NCBI GenBank assembly: GCA_038087875.1
Contig: CM075985.1
Span: 40,486,001 to 40,550,000 of the forward strand
Direction: 5' to 3'
DNA: 64,000 nt
DNA from: Malacoraja senta
Taxonomy: Eukaryota
How positions within the stretch are numbered: the first letter of the stretch is position 1; the number at the start of each line of letters is the position of its first letter. The position numbers were made by a program, and so were the translations under genes. The notes under the pieces were generated by a model. That model ran no database searches, was not told the origin of the DNA, and saw only the letters and a program-made list of their open reading frames with translations. Shown here piece after piece: positions 57,301 to 64,000 of this stretch.

Positions 57301-59325
57301 GTGGCTAGTGGGGTACGGCAAGGCTCAGTGCTGGGACCCCAGCTATTTACAATATATTAATGATCTGGATGTGGGAATTGAATGCAACATCTCCAAGTTT
57401 GCGGATGATACGAAGCTGGGGGGCAATGTTAGCTGTGAGTGGGATGCTAGGAGGCTGCAAGGTGACTTGGATAGGTTGGGTGAGTCGGCAAATGCATGGC
57501 AGATGCAGTATTATGTGGATAAGTGTGAGGTTATCCACTTTGGTGGCAAAAACAGGAAAGTAGACTATTATCTGAATGGTGGCCGATTAGGAAAAGGAGA
57601 GATGCAACGAGACCTGGGTGTCATGGTATACCAGTCATTGAAAGTAGGCATGCAGGTGCAGCAGGCAGTGAAGAAAGCGAATGGTATGTTAGCATTCATA
57701 GCAAAAGGATTTGAGAATAAGAGCAGGGAGGTTCTACTGCAGTTGTATAGGGTCTTGGTGAGACCACACCTGGAGTATTGCGTGCAGTTTTGGTCTCCTA
57801 ATCTGAGGAAAGACATTCTTGCCATAGAGGGAGTACAGATAAGGTTCACCAGACTGATTCCTGGGATGGCTGGACTTTCATATGAAGAAAGACTGGATAG
57901 ACTCGGCTTGTACTCGCTAGAATTTAGAAGATTGAGGGGGGATCTTATAGAAACTTACAAAATTCTTAAGGGGTTGGACAGACTCGATGTAGGAAGATTA
58001 TGCCCGATGTTGGGGAAGTCCAGAACAAGGGGTCACAGTTTAAGGATAAGGGGGAAGTCTTTTAGGACCGAGATGAGAAAATCATTTTTTACACAGAGAG
58101 TGGTGAATCTGTGGAATTCTCTGCCACAGAAGGTAGTTGAGGCCAGTTCATTGCCTATATTTAAGAGGGAGTTAGATGTGGCCCTTGTGGCTCAAGGGAT
58201 CAGGGGATATGGAGAGAAGGCAGGTACAGGATACTGAGTTTGAGGATCAGCCATGATCATATTGAATGGCGGTGCAGGCTCGAAGGGCCGAATGGCCTAC
58301 TCCTGTACCTATTTTCTATGTTTCTATGTTTCTATTTCTTGCCACCATCTGATTCATCAGATGTTTTTGCCATAGATGTCTCAAATCAAAACATCCGACA
58401 AGACTTATCCCATAGACTTGGCTTTAACTTTGCCCCGACTTCCGGTTGTCAGGCTTCTTCCTTCAGCAGTCGACCGGGACTAGCTGCGCAGATAGGTGCT
58501 CTGTTGGCATCAACTTTAACTTACCAGACAGGTTGCACCTGCTAGTGACTCTGCGTCCTTATTCCCTTCTGGAGCTCCAACAGAGTATTACAGAGAAGGA
58601 CTGGAGCGCCTCCAGCTCCCATATGACTCAGATGAGCCGGCGTTATAATAGGAGTCACCTCTTCCTGATAGACCCTTAGAGTGGGAGAAATACTGTAACC
58701 TTGCCAGGTGTTGCCATAGACAATTACGTTCATATGATTAAAGACGCATATCGCCATTAAATCAGACATTCAACTGCTTTACGTTATGCAGATAGTTGAA
58801 ATCTTTATAAAGAATCTAGCAGTCCCCTCCAGTAAGCGGAAATTAATAGGTGTAGCTCCCACTGGTGTCTGATAGGCTTCTTAAGCCAGGAGCTCTGGAC
58901 TTGCAATGGCAAGACCAATTTCACTACACCATTGGTATACATGATAAAAATGTCTTGTGTAATAATCATTTTAATTTAAACTTTATTGGTATAAGATATA
59001 TTGTTATATTCTCGCAATAAACATACACTGTATACTGCTGCAGCATAACTGTCGGTGCTGCGGCAGCTGAGCTTACCTGCGGCTATTTTTAACTCACTTC
59101 CTGCCGCAATTATGAATCCTAGCTCCTTACGGAGCCCCACGCTCCTATGGGGCCACGCACCGCCACCAATCTCGGCTGCCTGCTCTGGTTCAGAGCTCGA
59201 GTGGCAGCCGCCGCAAATCTAGCGTCTAAGGAGCCCCACAGCGGCTTGCAAATTTCGGCCGCTTGCTCCCGTGTGGAGCTCGAGCGACAGTCGCTCCAAA
59301 ACTCACGTGACTTCGAAATAAAATA
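54382..59325 (-). mobile_element. DIRS1-type element, coding-defective, copy 2 (interrupted by CR1; left ITR deleted)
   Basis: Reverse-complement right end, ITR and ICR at 54382-54716. Left end at ~59300-59325. Colinear with copy 1 at roughly 80% identity by eye. TATT duplicated at both junctions. Confidence 0.82.
57080..58338 (+). mobile_element. 5'-truncated CR1 (lineage A) nested in DIRS copy 2
   Basis: LIEFFEDVTSRV...FADDTKL...GYGEKAGTGY, then a (tttctatg)n tail. Confidence 0.93.
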
Positions 59326-59509
59326 TGTGCTTTGTAGACTATCAAATACAGAATATTACAGGTCAGGAACTCACCCTTTGGCCCACAATGTATATGCCGA
59401 ATGTAATGCCAAGAGAAACTGACCTAGTCGAATGCAAACAGATATTTTACATTCGATGAACACTTTGACATCATACAACCCCTCTCCAATGACAATTATC
59501 TCCTTCCTT

Positions 59510-60500
59510 CCATGACTTTTAGGTATGGAGTCATAGAGTGATACAGTTTGGGAACAGGCCCTTCGGCCCAACTTGTCCACACCGGGCAACATGTCCCAGC
59601 TACACTAGTCCCACCTGCCTGCCTTTGGTCCATATCCCTCCAAGCTTGTCATATCCATGTACCTGTCTAACTGTTTCTTAAACGAGGGGATAGTCCCAGC
59701 CTCAATTACCTCCTCTGGGAGCTTGTTCCATACACCCACCACACTTTGTGTTAAAAAAGTTACCCTTCGGATTCCTATTAAATATTTTCCTCTTGAACTT
59801 GAAACTTTGGCATCTGGTCCTCGAATCCTCTACTCTGCGCAAACGACTTTGTGCATCTACCCGAACTGTTCCTCTCATGGTTTTGTATACCTCTTACAAG
59901 ATCACCCCTCATCCTCCTGCTCTCCAAGGATTAGAGACCCAGCCTACTCAACCTCTCCCTATAGCTCACACCCTCTAGTCCTGGCAACATCCTTGTAAAT
60001 CTTTTCTGACCAGTTTCAAGCTTCACAATATATTTCCTATAAGATGGTGCCCAGAACTGAACACAATATTCTAAATGCGGTCTGGCGAACATCTTATACA
60101 ACTGCAACATGACCTCCCAACTTCTATACTCATTACTCTGACTGAGGAAGGCCAATATGCCAAAAGCCTTTTTGACCACCTTATCTACCTGTGACTCGAC
60201 CTTTAAGGAACCTTGCACTTGTACTCCTAGATCCCTCTCCTCTCAACACTCCCCAGAGACCGACCATTTACTGTGTTGGACGTCCCAAAAAGCACCTCAC
60301 ACTTCTCAGTATTAAATTCCATCAACCATTCCTCGGCCCACTGTCCAATCGATCCAGATCCTGCTGCAATCGTTCACAACCATCTTCACTATCCGCAAAA
60401 CCACTCCCTTTTGTATCATCAGCAAACTTGCTAATCTTGCCCTGTATTATATCATCCAAATCAATTATGTAGATGATAAACAGTAACGGGCACAGTAACG
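59510..60500 (-). mobile_element. Decayed CR1 3' fragment (lineage B-like)
   Basis: SLKVESQVDKVVKKAFGILAF...RPHLEYCVQFWAP and GSLLCPLLFIIYIIDLDD...KFADD. Confidence 0.85.
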
Positions 60501-60518
60501 AACCCTGAATCACACCCA

Positions 60519-60660
60519 CGGCCGGATTTACGTATAAGCTGGACAAGCTTAAGCTTAGGGCCTCGAGATCTAGGGGGGCCTCGCAGATCCGGATTTACCA
60601 TTAGGCTTCATAGGCTGAAGACTAGGGCCTCGAAATCTAGGGGGCCCCCGGCCAAGGCAG
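60519..60660. mobile_element. Possible hAT-like terminal fragment with an internal duplication
   Basis: cacggccggatttac resembles a CAGGGCCGGATT-type TIR. ccggatttac...agggcctcga.atctaggggg occurs twice. Confidence 0.35.
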
Positions 60661-61704
60661 GACACGTGCCGTTCAACTCTGGGCGGGCCCCCTCTCTATC
60701 TATCTCTCTCCATCTCCCCCCGCTATCCGTATCCGGGCCGCTGGGTCTCCGTTCTCCGCTCGCTCCTCATCCGCCGGCACGGCAGGCCTCCTTGCACATG
60801 CGCATTTCTACGGCAACTGATCGGCGCTGGGCACTTTCTCCCTCGCTTTGAATTGTGGGAGATTTGGCCGCCATTGCTGTCCGGTTGCTGCCTCGCCGCA
60901 ACCGCTGAAAACCAACGCAGAATCACTCCATGACCCTGGATCAGGAGTAACTCCATGGAGTAACTCTTGCTTCTGGTTTCTTGGTCCTCCATAAATATTC
61001 TAAATGGAATTTAAACTGGAGGTGATAGAGGGCTGAACAATAACAGCCTATTGCATTGTATCTGTTTATTTATTGTGTATATATATGGTCTATGGTATAT
61101 AAACACACTGAACTTTTATCTCCTGTTCTGTATTATGTTTACATATTCTGTTGTGCTGCAGCAAGCAAGAATGTCATTGTCCTATCTGGGACACATGACA
61201 ATAAAACTCTCTTGACTCTTCAAGTCAAGAGTCAAGAGAGTTTTATTGTCATGTGTCCCAGACTTAAGCAAAAAAGGGTTCTTGGGGAAAAAAGAGGTAC
61301 CTCAAATTTAGTTGCGTCTGGTTGGGTAACTATGGCAGGGTGACGAATATTCCATGCTTTAATTGTGCGTGGGAACTCCAAGGAGCAGCCAGCAACTCAG
61401 GATAGAAGAAATTGGGTGACATTTCGGGTAGAGACCCTTCTTTAGACTCCCTCTGGTTTTAGTGTCTTTAGTTTAATTTAAAGATACAGCGTGGAAACAG
61501 GCCCTTCGGCCCACCGAGTCCACGCCGACCACTGATCACCCGTACACTAGTGCTATCCCACACATTAGCGGAGTAAGTCAAGTGTCAAGAGTGTTTTATT
61601 CTCTCACGTCCCAGTTGGAACAGTGAAATCCGTACTTGCAGCAGCACAACAGAATATGTAAACATAGTACTCTGTAAACAATGTTATAAACGAGAAAACA
61701 AAAC

Positions 61705-61980
61705 NNNNNNNNNNNNNNNNNNNNNNNNNNNNNNNNNNNNNNNNNNNNNNNNNNNNNNNNNNNNNNNNNNNNNNNNNNNNNNNNNNNNNNNNNNNNNNNN
61801 NNNNNNNNNNNNNNNNNNNNNNNNNNNNNNNNNNNNNNNNNNNNNNNNNNNNNNNNNNNNNNNNNNNNNNNNNNNNNNNNNNNNNNNNNNNNNNNNNNNN
61901 NNNNNNNNNNNNNNNNNNNNNNNNNNNNNNNNNNNNNNNNNNNNNNNNNNNNNNNNNNNNNNNNNNNNNNNNNNNNNNNN
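61705..61980. other. Assembly gap (276 N)
   Basis: Run of N. Confidence 1.
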
Positions 61981-62494
61981 TAATAACGTTATATCGTATA
62001 GTATCGTGTGTGTAGGAAGGATCTTCAGATGCTGGTTTAAACTGAAGATAGACACAAAAGGCTGGAGTAACTCAACAGGTCAGACACAATCTAAGGAACA
62101 TGTTACGTTTTGGGTTGGGTCTGAAATAGGTTCCTGCATACCTTTGGAATGTGGAAGGAAACAAGAGCACCCGGTGAAAACCCATGCGATCAAAGGGTAA
62201 AGGAGCAAACTCCATACAGACAGCACCCATATTCAGGATCAATTTCGGATCTCTGGCACTTTTTGGCATCAACTTTATGGCCAGTGTACAGCCCCATAGT
62301 CTTGAACTTAATTAAAACGACAAGTGTTGCATTTCCTGCGGTTGCAAGGGAAAGTGTCAGAAGAGGGGGTAGTTTGGGTGGGAAGGGACGAATTGACCAG
62401 GACGTTACGGAGGGAGCGGTCTCTGCGGAAAGCCAACAGGGGAGGAGATGGGAAGATGTGGCCAGTGGTGGGATCCCATTGGTAGACAAAAAAA

Positions 62495-62935
62495 GCTGGA
62501 GAAAATCAGTGGGTAAGGCAGCATCTGTGGAGCGAAGGAATAGACGACGTCTCGGGTCGAGACCCTTCTTCAGATTGATCTTGGGGTGGGAGGTGACATG
62601 AAAAAGAAAGGAAGAGGCGGAGACAGTAGGCTGTGGGAGAGCTGGGAATGGGAGGGGAAGGAGGGAGAAAGCAAGGACTACCTGAAATTAGAGAAGCCAA
62701 TGTTCATACTGCTGGGGTGTAAACTACCAAAGCAAATATGAGGTGCTGCTCCTCCAATATGCGGTGGGCCTCACTCTGGCCATGGAGGAGGCCCAGGACA
62801 GAAAGGTCGGATTCGGAATGGGAAGGGGAGTTGCAGTGTTGAGCCACCGGGAGATCAGGTTGGTTATTGCGAACTGAGTGGAGGTGTTGTGCGAAGCGAT
62901 CGCCAAGCCTGCATTTGGTCTCACCGAGGGTGATC
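62495..62935 (-). mobile_element. Penelope-like element 3' remnant (GIY-YIG C-terminus + pseudo-LTR)
   Basis: GETKCRLGDRFAQHLHSVRNNQPDLPVAQHCNS...EEQHLIF, followed by a ctgaagaagggtctcgacccgagacgtc terminal motif. Confidence 0.8.
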
Positions 62936-64000
62936 ATCCGCTGAATAATCCAACCACAATTTTGTTTGGAGGTGGAAAGAAATAATAGAAATTGTATTCA
63001 TTGCAACGTGTAAAAAGAGTTGAGATACTGTATTATAATTTTGCTCCATGTCCTTGTGGTATATATCATGTCTTGATTGGTGAATATGTTTAGTTTGTGG
63101 CTTTATTTGAAGCTGAAATAATATGTGAGTGCTTCATTGAGCATAACTCAAACTGGTAACTACGCACTTCGTCCAAGCACATTATCGCACGCGTCATGCA
63201 AGCCGTCTTAAATAACCACCTAAACTGTCATTTGGCAACTTAAAAAGCTGCCAAGGTTGCCCGGCTGACATGAGAGAAAAAAATTAAGTGACAGCCCTGC
63301 AAGGTGTATAATATGTTTGACACTGTCATAGGCCTTACTTGCATATGCTGTCACAGCGCACTGTAGTCTCTAAACAAGCCTTCAGTGGTTTTCCTTGCCC
63401 TCCATTTCAGAATAATAGTGTTTTAAGCCAATAACTCGACACTAGCACTGGCAATAAATAAATAAAGAAATCAATAAAGCGCAGCTTTCCAGCCCCTTAT
63501 CTCATTGGCTACGCTCGGCTGCAAATCTGTGTCAATCTGGTGGACCATCTTCCTCTAGTCGTGGGGGTGCGGAATTGGGGGGGGGGCTCACAAGTGAAAC
63601 GGCTTAGGGCCTCTCTTCATCTAATTCCGGACCTGGTCACACCACCAGTCACACACCTCCAATCAGTGAAGCAACCTTCCACCATCATCCTCTGCTTCCG
63701 TCCATGGAGCCATTTGCTATCCATTCAGCTTTCTCTCCTTGGATCTCATGCGATCAAACCTTCCAGAGCACGGAACCTACCATGCGGAACCTTTTCGAAT
63801 ACCTTACTGAAATCCATGCACACAACATATACAGCTCTGTAGAGCTTCCACAGCTCGAGTTGTGCAAAATGGAGAGCACATTTCCTGTCAGTCAGGCAAT
63901 TTCCATTGAGGCACTAATTGTGTTCAGTGTGTTGGACTGAGGGGGAAAAATGGGATTAATGGATGAGATTAACTTTCTCCAGTTGTTGTGATACACTGTA

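Overview
Vertebrate genomic DNA, very repeat-rich, with two sized N gaps. The repeat repertoire (HE1/V-SINE-like SINEs, CR1/HER1-like LINEs, Penelope-derived short repeats) points to a cartilaginous fish, probably a skate or ray (inference). Two host loci are supported. (1) The terminal coding exon of a class A GPCR resembling the GPR139/GPR142-like receptors (530-1434, +). (2) A five-exon MHC class I-like locus that the ORF track does not assemble: leader 26432-26483, alpha1 30872-31123/31132, alpha2 39749-40024, alpha3 41248-~41504, TM ~43603-43725, all +. It lacks most classical peptide-anchor residues and carries two nonsense codons, a lost splice donor and a truncated alpha3 exon, so it is a non-classical class I pseudogene. 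Mobile DNA includes a full-length CR1 with both ORFs open and a 90/91-bp 5' monomer array (14203-19137), which appears to be a recombinant of two CR1 lineages; a second CR1 lineage (35665-39311); a 5'-truncated L1-clade element flanked by a 244-bp direct duplication with a fold-back at its 3' junction (31981-35419); and two oppositely oriented DIRS-type elements with ITR/ICR termini and similarly shortened pol remnants (8292-13122, 54382-59325). There are also Penelope GIY-YIG remnants with hammerhead-like cores, Rex1/Babar fragments, MITEs and many SINE/CR1 fragments. All calls come from reading the sequence by eye. No searches were run, identities are visual estimates, and boundaries of decayed repeats are approximate.
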